A DNA stretch of 64,000 nucleotides from Octopus sinensis (Eukaryota). Both the position numbers and the translations under genes were made by a program. The notes beneath the pieces were generated by a model. It saw only the letters and a program-made list of their open reading frames with translations. It did not search any database and was not told the origin of the DNA. Positions 39,770 to 53,429 of the stretch are shown here, one piece after another. Location: the NCBI RefSeq assembly GCF_006345805.1, contig NC_043015.1, positions 22,754,001-22,818,000 of the forward strand, read 5' to 3'. Position 1 is the first letter of the stretch. Every line of letters starts with the position of its first letter.

Positions 39770-40350
39770 CAGAGTATTCGAGCTGTTCTAAGCACTGCTG
39801 TTTTCTGCAAGTGTTTCCCATTCTCTATCTCATGGTCGCACTGAATCATAAAATCCCATTCGATCTTTGCATTTCTATTTTCGACGATGCTTTCAGGTTT
39901 GTGGTCATACCAATTTGTGCTCTGTCAAGTCCATACTTTTATGCAAAATGTCCAACATACAAGCCTAGCTATATTGTCGTTGCGTTTCTTATATTCCTTC
40001 CGGGCTAGTGGCGTACATTGGCTGGGAATATGCCATACGGTTTCACCGTTGTGTCCAAAGATTCTACAGTTAACCCTTTCTGATGTGCTGTCTATTCTGT
40101 ATTTTATGTATTTTTTTGTTGGTGCTTGCTCTTGGGCAGCACAGGTTAGAGCCTCCGTTTCCGGTTTTAAATCACTTTTAGTCATCCACAGACATCTCTT
40201 TTCTCTGTCTGTTTTATCTTCAACATCCCTATGAAATTGAGCATGCATTCTTTTCTTTAATCACATATTTTCAGTTTCATTCGTTTTCAATTTCTTGTAT
40301 AGTGCTTTATCTTTGCAATCTTTCATCCTACACAAGCCTGACCTTCCTAC
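39770..40350 (-). mobile_element. Family C fragment with RLE core deleted
   Basis: ORF 39925-40248 homologous to 4500-4800; jumps from IQCDHEIEN directly to HLQKTAVLRTARIL. Confidence 0.8.
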
Positions 40351-40984
40351 TTCTATTCCTAAATATGTTTGCCGGTACCTCCTTGTAGGTAGGCATTGAT
40401 CTTGTGCGGCTATTTTTGATTTTAATCCAGAAGACGCTAACCATTGATGGGTAAGTGCTATGTCAACATCGATATTGTTAGCTCTCTTTAGTTATTTGGC
40501 ATTGAGATGCTTTCCTTGCCGTCTTTCAGTAAGAATGCCTAAGGCAGTAATTTTAGCACGGGTTTTCATACACTTAGCTTTCTCTGTGCTGGATTCCAAT
40601 ACGTTTAGTTCTGGGATTTTTTGTAGTTAGAATTCACTTCGATATTCCCTTGCCTGCTTTGTTACTGAGTATGGTGCTTTCTTGTTTTCATGCTTTACGT
40701 CAAGGTTTAACATCCAATAATCAGAGTTTTTCAGACAGGTGTTTAGGCCAATTGTGGCAATCTTCATTGTTCCAGTTGTAACAGTCCACAGCCAACCTCT
40801 TTTGTTGGCAGGTAAAATCTATCTGCATCTGCCTTAATGTGGTGCATTTTATGCATTGTCAACAGTTTTCGAATTCCTCTGTCAAGGTTATATATTTCAG
40901 TACTTGACCAGTTAATAATATTAAAACTGTAAGTCACGAATGGTATGGCAAAAGTATTGATCGCTTCGGTCCTGTTTCATGCAT
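40347..40984 (-). mobile_element. Diverged family B internal fragment
   Basis: Reverse complement aligns by eye with ~20470-21130 (AINTFAIPFVTYSFNIINWS..MKIATIGL..AAQDQCLP). Confidence 0.8.
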
Positions 40985-40999
40985 ATAACTGGGTGTCTG

Positions 41000-41215
41000 G
41001 GGCTCTTTGTATCTGTTTGTCCCCAACAACTGCTTGACAACCGGTGGTGGTGTATTTATGTACACGTAACATAATGGGTTGGCAAAGGAACCTTTAAGAT
41101 AATTTGTAACAAGATTTAAAGAATGTACTAGGGGTGATATATTGGGCTAAGATTTCAAGAACCGGTGTCTCAGCATGGCCGTGTTCTAATGACTGAAACA
41201 ATAGGATAAAAGAAA
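41000..41215 (+). mobile_element. Degenerate 3' half of the octopus-type composite SINE
   Basis: tttgtcccc..gcttgacaaccgg..cagcatggcc..aatgactgaaaca. Confidence 0.65.
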
Positions 41216-42939
41216 GATTATATGTATGTACATATATATATGTGTGTGTATATATACATACATATTTATATATATAATATATTTACATATATGCATATGT
41301 AAGTATGTATGTATATATAGATATAGATATATATGTACGCACACTCGCACACACACACATAAACGCACATATATATTATATACATTTATGTTTAAGAGTT
41401 TGTGTGATATCTGTGTAATCCTATGTGTTAGCATGAGTGTTTTTATATCTGTGATTGTTTCTTTTTTATGTACTTTAGTAATGCGTTCCGTAATGATAAT
41501 CAAATTTAGAAAACATATATCGCCTGAACGGGGTTAAGATGAGAACGGTAATTATCAGACAATTTCACCCTTGTATGTAATATCATTCTCTGTGCTCAAC
41601 ACATCAGATAATTAAGGTAACTTCACACGGAAATTGTTTACAGTGTTATTATCTTGTGCCAAGTAATTACCATAAACTTATTCTACCGTAAGCTAATTTG
41701 GACTTTTTATTTTTCAACCTCCACCCTCTGCCCCGTAGATTATTCGCTTTCCCCTTCAAATCTCTCTAAAATATTATATTCTTCATTTGTTACTCAATAT
41801 CTCATTGTATCTATCTACCTTTTTCTGTCTTTATGTATCTTTCTCAATATTTCTTTCTATCTTTTTTCCCTCCTGTTTCTCTTGTACAATTTCAATTCTA
41901 ACTCTCCCTTTGCAAAATTTACTGAAACAATGTCTAATAAACGATGAGAATAGCTCCAAAGTTTTTATCAACCTATATTACAAAGAGGAAAATTATGTGT
42001 GCGCTACCGAAGCATCTAGCGATGTTTGCGATCAATTTGGAAACGTGTCTTTCTGGTGAGAAATTACATTTTTTTTTCATCTAGAATTCCCTGGGTCTGT
42101 GTTCTTCCACTGCTACCAATACACTCAACCAGCTTATCAGGTCTGTAATTACTGTCTACCGGCATATTCAAATACACAGCTTATTAAGCTGCTGCATATA
42201 TTTGTAAGACTCGTTTCGTGACTATTCCCGGGAAGCTAAAATTTTCACAGAAATTAGTATTAACTGTCATAAGAATTTTATCAGCACGACCACCAAATAC
42301 CAATTGATGAATTATATACATGATTGCGCCTGAGTCTAGTTAGCTTTTACTTTTGTACACATAAACATGCCTGCTGGCGTACATATACTTGCATACATAC
42401 GTACATGCCTATATACATAGACAATTCACATGAACATATACATGCTTAGTGTGGGAGACTATTCATTGAATTTACACGAAATGCCATCTTCAAAATTAAT
42501 GCCATTACTATCAGACTTGTTAAGGAACTGGTTATAATTTTGATAACATTCGTAGAAGAAAACTTTTATTAAGTTCGTAGATTATTCGGCTCACACTAGA
42601 GTTTTCCATGTAATACAAAATTACGATCCCATCTGGCTGGAGCAACACATTATCACAGGAGAAACGGAGAAATCCAACACCGCAAAATGTAAATAGCAAA
42701 ATGAAATAGTAGTAGCTTTTGAAGAATCTCGTGCTGTAACGTATTTGTTGGAGTTTACAGTTTCCCACTGAGTTGTTATTTGCTATACATTCTCAAAAAT
42801 TGAAAACCAAATATGATTCACTGTGTTATAAGCATAAAATTAAAGTATACGTTTGTAGAGGCACTACACTCGCTAATGAAATATTAAAGTCTTTAAATAA
42901 TAGCTTCAAAGTTTGGCTCAATGTCATCAAGTTGGAGTA

Positions 42940-43103
42940 AAGGGTTGACTTGGCTACATCGACTCCAGTGCTCGATGGGTACTTATTTTATCGCCTCCGA
43001 AAGGCTGCAAGCCAAAACTGATCTCGCCGGAGCTTAAACCGAGATCGTAAATTCGCACGAAATTCCATTAGACCTTTTGTCCAACGATTCTGGCAGCTTC
43101 CCG
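42940..43103 (-). mobile_element. Degenerate tRNA-derived SINE related to 18912-19142
   Basis: Reverse complement reads gctgccagaatcgtt..gcctttcggaggcgataaataagtacc..gcactggagtcgatgta. Confidence 0.6.
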
Positions 43104-43277
43104 TATTTAAAAGTTTTTAAATATTGTCAATAAAGAAAAAAATAACAGATCATTTCATGAATGCAAAAATATGGTTGTTGCGTAGGAATTTCTTTTCAAA
43201 AGGCTTCTGAACAGGGTTAAATTAATCGTGAACGAGCATGTTTGTGGAAATCACATATTAACAAAATGTCAATGGCA

Positions 43278-43668
<391 letters not shown>

Positions 43669-43669
43669 G

Positions 43670-43701
43670 CCCAAGATTTCGAGTTCGATTCCAGTCAGTT
43701 A

Positions 43702-43739
<38 letters not shown>

Positions 43740-43941
43740 TAATAATAATAATAATAATAACATCGAAAAATACCTTAGGAATGAGAACCCAGGTTTAAAA
43801 TTTCCCCAAGACATCTGATGAAGGCTGGAGGATATATCAGCCGAAACGTTGTGTTAACAACAAACAAGATGAGGACAAATATTAGTCAATTGTAAATAAT
43901 GTAAATAATGTGCATAATTCCTCATCTCTTAAATATAGAAC
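43670..43941 (+). mobile_element. tRNA-head + microsatellite + hammerhead element, right arm (5'-truncated)
   Basis: Inverted copy of the left arm lacking the first ~38 nt; B-box GAGTTCGATTCC at 43681-43692; (AAT)n; same unique tail. Confidence 0.75.
43810..43855 (+). ncRNA. Minimal type I hammerhead ribozyme motif (Penelope/retrozyme-like)
   Basis: Stem I GACAU/GUGUU, core CUGAUGA (43815-43821), stem II GGCUG/CAGCC with a 10-nt loop, GAAA (43843-43846), palindromic AACGUU in place of stem III. Confidence 0.7.
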
Positions 43942-44650
43942 GCAGGCGACGTATTGTAAGCTTAAAGTTGACCCGTGTATCAGCGTAAATGCCTTCCTCC
44001 AATCGCTGGGGAGTTGTGTCAGTGGATACTATCGATTAACAACTACTGCATTGAGTGCCTTCGATTCTCCTTTCCTCGTCCTTAAATATAACACATTTTC
44101 TTAACAATGTCATCTTCACCATAAACAGAGTCATGGCTTCGGTGTATGTTGGACAGCCTCTCTCTGTTTCCTTCAATTACTCCATTTACGGTCACACAAA
44201 CACATTTGCTTATACACATGCGGGTGCACACACACAAACACACACATATGCACACACACACGCACAGATACACACACACACACATACAGACACACACATA
44301 TGTATGTATATATGTTCGTATGTATACAGTACTGTCTCCTACGACGGAAAGGCGTCCTGTGTAATTTTGCCAGACTTCTCTATTCTTCAAGTTTTCGGCT
44401 GATAATTTTTGATGAAGTAGGCTGATGTCTTTGCACTTTTCTGCTCTCTTTCATTTTCCATCTTACTTTTTGTTATATTAACTAGTTTACATTTTCAAAT
44501 CCACTGGCGCCATCTGCATTCAAATATTTGATCAATGTATAGAAACTTTCTCTTTCGAAACGTATCACTTGTGATGTTTGATTCCGATGTGCTTTCTTTT
44601 CTTTAGGAACAGCTTGATTACGATGCAATGGCTCTCATTCTTATATTAAA

Positions 44651-44890
44651 GAGTCATATTCTTAGTCATAAAGCGAGACAGATTATTGACAACCATTCCC
44701 CTGGTGGTGGTGTTACACACCATACTAATCATATCCGTCAGGTATGTAGAAAGGAGAGTAATTCGGCGGGAGTTTGCATAGTTACATGCATAGGTACAAT
44801 GTACATGCATAGTTATAACTACAGCCGGCTATTGCCGATAAAGTTTTAGCTGCCAATTCTGTACAAGATATTGTAGATCTTTAGCAGTGA
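44651..44890 (+). mobile_element. 240-bp fragment of the RTE 3' region with 18-bp flanking duplication
   Basis: Reverse complement of ~45862-46100; flanked by tctcattcttatattaaa at 44633-44650 and 44891-44908. Confidence 0.85.
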
Positions 44891-45701
44891 TCTCATTCTT
44901 ATATTAAATCTGTTCTTACTAATTGCAAAATTACATATAAAATCATATATAATCATTCATCAGACATTTGAAATCATGCACATCGCCTGTGCTTTGTGCA
45001 TAAGTTCTTCACTAAATTCAGTATTTAAAGTAATGTTTGCTTTTCTTTAAAATTCCAAAACGTTTTAAATGGTTTATTTTCAGTGATATGCTTTTCATTT
45101 TCTATGGTCGATCTCCATAATTTTAGTGTTCCTAATATATTTTGTTTACGATACACCATTAACTATTTCAACAAGCGATATCTCCCGTACATAAAATATA
45201 TATTATTTTCATGTATTGAAAGTTTCATTAGTAAGAAGAGTCAATAGGGTCAGCGTGAACAATATTCGCCATATAATTTCTATAAAGCCATACAAACATT
45301 TTACTTACATCTCTGGTTTTATTCTTCCTGTACCAGTGTTTGTCCGATCAACCAAAAATATAAAAAAAGAGTCGATATGACAACATAGTACTGTTGCGAC
45401 CAACTCCTAATTTCAACTTCATTTGAGTGCTGATTGTCTATTCATACACAATCTATACTTCCGCAATGTATTGAGCCAATTAGAATGATATACTACTCGG
45501 CAAACCATACAATTTTAGCTCCTTACAAACTGTATGCGATGACTAACAAAGGCTTTTTCATGTACAACATCAATCACATTTTCAAAGAATGCAAAAGAAA
45601 AAAATGAAAAAATAATTAAACTTACATTTTGAATTGAAAACACATTTGTTTCAAAAGTCTAATGTCAGACCAGACCATTAAAGACATAAATATATACATA
45701 T

Positions 45702-45770
<69 letters not shown>

Positions 45771-45784
45771 ATATATATGATATA

Positions 45785-48720
45785 TGATGGCTGTCTCCAC
45801 GTTATCGAGTATGGCCATTGCACGAGGCTTAATTGTTATCTATGTTGTGATCGAATGTGATCACTGCTAAAGATCTACTTTTCTTGAACAGAATTGGCAG
45901 CTAAAAACTTTATCGGCAATAGCCGGCTGTAGCTGTAACTGGGCTTAATGTACCTATGCATGTCGTTTAAGTACTCCCGCCGAATTACACTCCTTTCTAC
46001 ATACCTGACGGATATGATTAGTATGGTGTGTAACACCACCACCATTTGGAATGGTTGTCAATCACCTGTCTCGCTTTATGACTACGAAGATGACGCTTTA
46101 CTGAGGCAGGCTCTTGCACAGATACTGCATGTCAGCATCAAAGGAAGGTCCTTACCATCTGGAAGTGCAACAGCGATGCTCTTTCTGACATCCTTCATTA
46201 CTTTCTTATGCGCAACTCGAGATTTCTCAAAAGCATCTGTCCCCTCGTGCACAGTCCTTTTCCACGGTCAATAGCTATGCCCTCTCATGTGTCAGGGACG
46301 ATGCAAGCATTTCTTAAGGAAGCCTTCGGCAAGTCCTCATTCTTCTTTTTTGATTTATGTGGAGGTCGTTCTCCTATATCTAACCCTCCATAAAAGAGTT
46401 GTTATGGCATCCTTGAATCCTTCATCCTGACCAGATGACCACTCCATCTAAGCCGTTGCTTTAACATAAGAGCTTCTATACTTTCACGCTGAGATCTTTC
46501 CAATATTTCAAGATCACTGATGCGGTCTTTCCACTTAATGCCATAGATCCGTCTGCGACATATGTGATCGAAACGTTCCAGTTGTTTTGGTGGTATCGAT
46601 ATATGACACACGCCTCGCAGGCACTAAGAAGAGAAGAGAGCACACACACCTAGTACACCTTTATTTCAGTCTTCCTGCATATTTCTCGCCGACTCCAGAG
46701 GCGCCTTTGTAGCCTTCCGAAAGCATCACTTGCTTTCCTAATTGTGTATGGAATTTCTTTATCCAAATTGCTGTAGCTATTAACTGCGCTTCCCAGGTAG
46801 ACAAACTGATCAACAACATAAAATAGGTTACCATAGACATAGATATGTGGTTCACTATACTGCTTAGAAGGGGCAGGTTGGTCCTTGACAACAATTTTCT
46901 TGAGACTCACTGTCAATTCTAAAGCAATGATATTCGCCTATATTTACCACAATCATTCTGTTGCCCTTTCCCTTATACAAGACCACCATTACTGTATCTC
47001 TCCAGTCCTCAGGTACAGATTCACTAGCCCGTATCCTACCAAACAAAGAGTGAATTTGCTTCAGAGGTTTCTCACCACCATGCTGTAACAACTATGCAAT
47101 TATCCCATCAATACCCGGAGACTTCCCATTATTTATCCTTGAGACAGCCTCTGCAACTTCTTCCAATTTTGGTGGTTCTGCGAGGGATGAGATTGAGAAC
47201 ATCCTCACTAACTACAGACTGCTGTGTCAAAAGTTCATCAAAGTGTTCTCGCCACCTTCGCAGAATTCCTTGTGAATCACGGAGAAGTTCTTTACCATCC
47301 CTGTTTCGAAGTGGTGTCATCAGAGAAGTCGGTCCTTAAACTTCTCTTAAGAGACCATACAATAGCTTTGTGTTATTGGAATCCGACGCCGCCTTTACCT
47401 CATCAGCCTTCTTACTCCACCACGTATCCCTCATCTGAGAGAGCCTCCGCTCACACGTGATTTCACATCCTTGAGTTCCCTATGCAATACTTCTTTTTCC
47501 TGTGGTTTTGCTGAGAAATAGCTTGACAAAGTACGTCTTTTATCAGCCAATAAATCATCTATATGTTCATCATTTTCTTTGTATCAATCCCAGAACTTTC
47601 TTGCCTATATCATAAACTGACTTTTTAAGGATCGGCCAATGCTTCCCAATATCTGCAACATTAAGTTCTTCTCGTAAAGTTCTCTTCACACTATTACACC
47701 TAAGACGATCAACATTCAGTCTTTTAGGCAGGGTAATCCATGCAGCTCGGATTTTATGTTTTGTGACTAATTTCACTTTTGCACGTACTAAGCGGTGGTC
47801 AGTCCAACACTCAGCCCCACGAAGAACACGAACACACTGCACATCTTGTCTGTCACGCACCCTAACAAGGATGAAATCCAGAATATGCCCTTCTTTAGAT
47901 GCAGGGTTCATAAATGTGGTCTTAAACTTATTCTTTTGTTGAAACATAGTATTAGTAAAACACTGACGCAGCTCCAGACACATCTGCGTGCAGAAGCATG
48001 CCATTACTATTAAACTTTCCCACTTCATGCTTTCCAATGTGTTAAAATCGCCATCCACTCTACCATTAAAGTCACTCAGTACGATGATGTTGTCTGCCCG
48101 AGGGTTATTATCTGATAATGACAATAGTTGGAGCATACACACTCACCAAGGTCACACAATTTCCTTTAGCCAAAGGAATTCTCATGGACATAAGACACTC
48201 GTTAATCCCGACTGGGAATTCTTCCAACTTGTCCACAAGAGTAAACTTAACAGTAAATGCCAGTCCAGCCCCTCCTCTAAACTCTTCTTTCCTCCCTTTC
48301 CAAAAGAATGCATATTTTCCACAAAATTCTGCAAGATGACCATCTCCAGCTAATCTCGTCTCAGATAAAGCAACGATGTCAAGATCATGGCGTCGAAGCT
48401 CATTCGAAACAAGCGAAGTCCTTCGTTTAGGACATTCAGAGGACTCGCATTCAACAGCGTCTGTACATTCCAACAGCCAATATTCAATATTTTATTTGGT
48501 TCTATCACAGTAGCATAATGACGGCCAGGTTCAGACTGTGATGCTCTGGAGCCACTGCCAGCCCAGACTCTTTCATCTGATGTGGTTCCAGATTCCTTCC
48601 TGCCATTCATTTTTATACTGTTTTGGTACATCATTGATTATTTGCATTTTAAGGCTACAGCCATTCCGTTGAGACTCACAGCACTATCAACAATCCTGAA
48701 TTAGTTAATCAATTGAAGCA
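45785..48720 (-). mobile_element. RTE-clade LINE (APE endonuclease + RT), degraded, RT core deleted
   Basis: APE motifs NIGCWNVQTL, DIVALSETR, VYAPT, SDFNGRV, LDFILV, TDHRLV; RT flanks PEDWR..KGKGN..YRRISLL joined directly to LTVSLKK..FVYLGS; C-terminal QRLRWSGHLVRM and a CxxC remnant; boundaries approximate. Confidence 0.88.
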
Positions 48721-48726
48721 ATCAAC

Positions 48727-48766
<40 letters not shown>

Positions 48767-49151
48767 GTTGTTATCGTGCAATGCCTGTGCAAGAGGATTT
48801 TTTTTTGAGTGAGGAAAGGCTGTGATCTGAGTTAATCCCACTCACTAAGCAACAGTAGCCATTGTCAGAAAAGAAGAATAATCAACATCATCGGTAACTA
48901 CTGGGCTACAGGTTTTATATCGGGGTTATCCCAGTTACCTGAGTTGCTAGGGGTCCTTCACTCCCAATGGTTTAACCGCGCGATCGGATATTCAATCCGA
49001 TTACTTCTATGTCCCCAGGCATAATACAGCCACAAGCTTGATAAAATAGATATAAGGAAAAATGAAACAACAAAAAATATATTATATATAAAAAATAATG
49101 ATATACAAAATATACACAAAATATCCGCTGTGAAGTATATAAAATATATAT

Positions 49152-49226
<75 letters not shown>

Positions 49227-49309
49227 GAGGAAGCTATAAAAGTATATAATATATAAAATTAGTGAGAAAAAGGCAGATATACAGTAAATATATAACTACA
49301 CATTTTTGG

Positions 49310-49495
49310 ATGACCGTTGACTCTCAAGTGTTCCTCGCCCTTTGACGGGTTTTGTTTTTCATCCCGTAGGGTGTCCAATAAACACCCTCCTCACCAAGAT
49401 TGGTGGGGTTGCCGGTTTAGTCGCCGACGTCCCGACCATGCGACAGGTTGTACTGAGTTACATGCTACCAATAGCACTCGAAAGTGACCTGACAT
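49310..49495. other. GC-rich hairpin-containing island, probable mobile-element terminus
   Basis: Stands out from AT-rich flanks; hairpins gggtgt-ccaata-aacaccc and ctcacca-agat-tggtggg; family not identified. Confidence 0.3.
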
Positions 49496-51190
49496 AATAT
49501 ATATATATATATACATACATACAAACATGCCTTTATACATGCGTACATACATGTACTCATACATACATATGTAATGGCCTGAATATCATGCAATTAACAC
49601 AAAAGATAGACAAACAACACACGAGTCAAACAAGTGGTTGAAAATCGTAGAAATATAAAGCGTTAAAAAGGACATTCAATGTAGAATCCTGTGCAGATAG
49701 ATAAAGAAAAGATTATGCATGAAAATATCCAAGAATGAAATCAAACAGTTTCACATGAAGTAAAGAATTCTATCATTTTGCACTGATTCCGTTGTTTTAC
49801 GTATTGTTGCTCTTACTACTACACTATTTGCCGTTTCTATTCGCCATTTCTATCGGTTACATGGAGCTCATTAATTCGACCTGATTTGAGATCGTAACTG
49901 TCCAAACTGTGACGTTCCTGTCTCTCATTGGATGCATTATATGATCGAAAAGTGAATTAATTTAGGTCAGTCATTTGGCTATTTTTAGGTCAGTCAGATG
50001 GTTACTTTTGGCTCCTTATTTGGGATTATAATTTGAAGATATTCATGAAGAGGCTTACATATAGAAATTAAAAGTTCCCTAAACGCAAAGTTAGCAAAAT
50101 TCGTTCATCCATATTTGATCCACCATTTTTTCAAAATGCATCATCGATCAATATCGAGGTGGTTCTTCATATTTTGTTTTAAGGAGGACTATCAGTTCAT
50201 CAACCATGACATGGTGACCTACTTACGTGAGCAACTAATAATATAATCGACAATGGCATGAATGATGTTTATTATACTCAAGATAAGTTCTTAAAAATTC
50301 TACAACCTGTCGGTTATTCACTCAGTGGTTTTACTATTTCTTTTATTTGTAAATATATCTTCTGCTCACAGCCTTTCTCTCTTTATCTTGGTAGTTTTCT
50401 TTAATTTTCCGTTCTGAAACACGCAACTTCAGAAACAGGTGTATGATTAACCTCCATCAGAATTATGACAGAATCCTAATCAACTTCAAAGTTGAAATTG
50501 ACAGCAATTGTCATAATAGGAATGCTATTCACTCGCAATCCTCTCACCTATCGCAATCTAGTGAAGTTTCTCCATTGGTTGACTTCGTGTGGTTTCTGCA
50601 TTGAATCGTTTAATTCCATAATGAGATTTTAGGTAAGCTAATAACGATATGAATGTCAATATTACAGAAGTGCATTAATATCATTATACCGCTGAATACC
50701 ATAGTCAATTGTAATAATTTGAAAGACATTCTTGCCTATCTTTCTGTCAAGTTTCATAATGTTATTACTGCTGTCTACTTCAGTACAACGAATTGCCCGG
50801 GGTAAGGCGAATTAAAGAAAGGATTCATTTAGATTTTATATAAATTGTTATGTAGCCATTATTGTGCGATCTTCTTACATATGATTTAATATTTAGGAAA
50901 TTCTTGAATAGCGACGAACCACTTTTTATCACTTATTCTATCACCGATGTAGGAATTGTTTTATGATGATGATACTTAAGTAGGAATATTAACTGCCACC
51001 AAGCGGCATGAAACTCTTTCAAGACCATCATTCATTATTAATAAAACTGTGCTTGTGAAGAATTTCTTTCTTTTTTAGTCGTAGAAAATACAGAACCCGT
51101 CCATGTATTGTATACACATGTATACGCACAAATGTTCAGAGACACACTCGTATAAGTACACACATAGGGACACAAAAGCACACAGCTATA

Positions 51191-51275
<85 letters not shown>

Positions 51276-53380
51276 AAATACGTAATACAATTTTTTGTAT
51301 GGTTACTTAAATACATATAGATATATGTACATAGGAGGTCAATCTGTGCTAAGTGCCTTTACTCCGCGTGTTTTAGCCTCGTTACTACGGCAACAGTCGG
51401 AATATTTATTGATCAGATCACGTACACAAACGTACACGCACACACACACAAAGTCTCAAACACACACGATCATGCACTCACCTGTATATATGCATAGATA
51501 TATGCATACATACATAATTCGGTCTGCTGATCTATCAGCTTACAAAGGAGATGTCGCTCGCAGTACACTTGCAGTTACTGTCTTCACGTATACATGTTTT
51601 TTAGCCTTCAAAATTGGTCACTGCCCGTGGTTAAAGAAATAGACTCATGTACACCAAGCTGTTCTTTGTTACTGAAATCTCGATTTATCGATATGTAGAG
51701 GTTAGCCGTCCAACACAAGGCTGATGGTGGTGGCCGTCTTAAACTTTATATTCATGCCATAAGAGATATAAGTAACATCTGCAACCGATTTAAAACGTCA
51801 GTAAAATATTACCCGGTAAATATTGTTAGCTAAAAAAACAAAAAACTAAAAGAAAAGCAATATCAGGACAGCGAATGAGCTTCAGGAAGGACAGGAATAA
51901 GAGATGATGAAGATGTTTCCACAAAATATATAGGAAAATATTATCTAATAAGACCACATTTTCTTTTTAAGGGGCCGATTCTCTGAGAAGGTAGCGCATG
52001 GATGATTAGCACGAAAGTCGCAATCAGGAGATGAGATACCACACCAAAATAATGGCATAGAGAACCAATACGATTATGGCATTGAATTTTGAAGACTACT
52101 TTCATATATTCCGAGACCGAAAAACCCAGTAAATGAACGTAGACTCTGCAAAACTAAAATTGGCAATGTCACATCACCAGCGATGAAGGAATTGTTTCGC
52201 ACAAGACATAAGTCCCACTCGTTGCACAACTAGACTGTGGTCACAATACTTTATAAAACATAGGACAAATTATGATAGAGAGTTTGCAAATGTGGTAGTG
52301 CAGCTATTCTTTCGTTTACTTATCTATTTTTTTTTTGGAGCAACAGCATATATATTTGAGACGATAAAATACTGCAGGAACTTCTTAATACTTAAAGGAT
52401 AATGAAGAAAAATAAACGAGGTGTATTCCTTCCCAAACTTGTTACTAAGCATGTGGCTTCTCAAAATTAACTGTAAATTAAAAAGAGAAAGGGAAAAGAA
52501 ACATGCGCACTATTATAATCTGGTCAATCTGTCGTTAGTTTCTTTTTAATGATAAAATAAATTTTCTAGAAAAATGAGTTGCTACATTCCGGCACGAGGA
52601 ATAACTGTGTAGGCAATCATTTTTTAGTCTTATAGGCTGGTACGTATACAGTTCAGTTTGAAATCAGCTGCGAATTAGTAACGTAAGGCCGATCTTAGAG
52701 CAGGCAATTATGTCCTCTCAATTTACTATCATACTTGACTAATAGCATGTCCACATCTTTAAGATACAGTATTGAATTTGAGATGAAATTGGTTGCTGTT
52801 CTATCAGGAAAATCCGCTCATAACCACACAAACTATTTTTGAAAAAGTAGAATTAAAATAAAATGTATAACTGCTTAAAGGATTCTCCATAATAAGACTC
52901 AGTCCCACAACATGATATTCAGTCTCTATCGATATTGTTGTTGTTAATATCGACGATGTGCCTGGTTAACTCTATTAATTAATTCCCTCTCTAAACAATG
53001 AACAAGGTATTGCTTTCTCTTTCAGGCATTCATCCCCTCAAAAGAAATATACTACCAAATGAGTCCTCCTATCCATTAGGCCGAAAAGAGAGATTTTGTG
53101 TGCAATTGCGTTGTATATATTTCTAGGCCACAAAGAGAATTTCTTGTTGGTATAGCTATCACGGATATTTAGTGCATTACAGATATTTCCTAGAGTATGA
53201 TTAAATTAGAATTCATTGCGATTGAAGGTTCGTTATTGGGCTCAGTGATCATGTTTTCATCGTCGGTACAGAGACTTCATCCGTCCTCACAGTATAGTAT
53301 ATTTTTCTTTCTCTTATTTCTTGAACCTCAATTCCTAAAAATACACGACGGCACAATATACTATTATTCCGTATGAGTAC

Positions 53381-53429
<49 letters not shown>

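Noticed and set aside
42480-42780. Possible mariner C-terminus on the minus strand (FFYE..NK..SNGINFE)
   Set aside because: Similarity is too weak by eye and no catalytic motifs remain.
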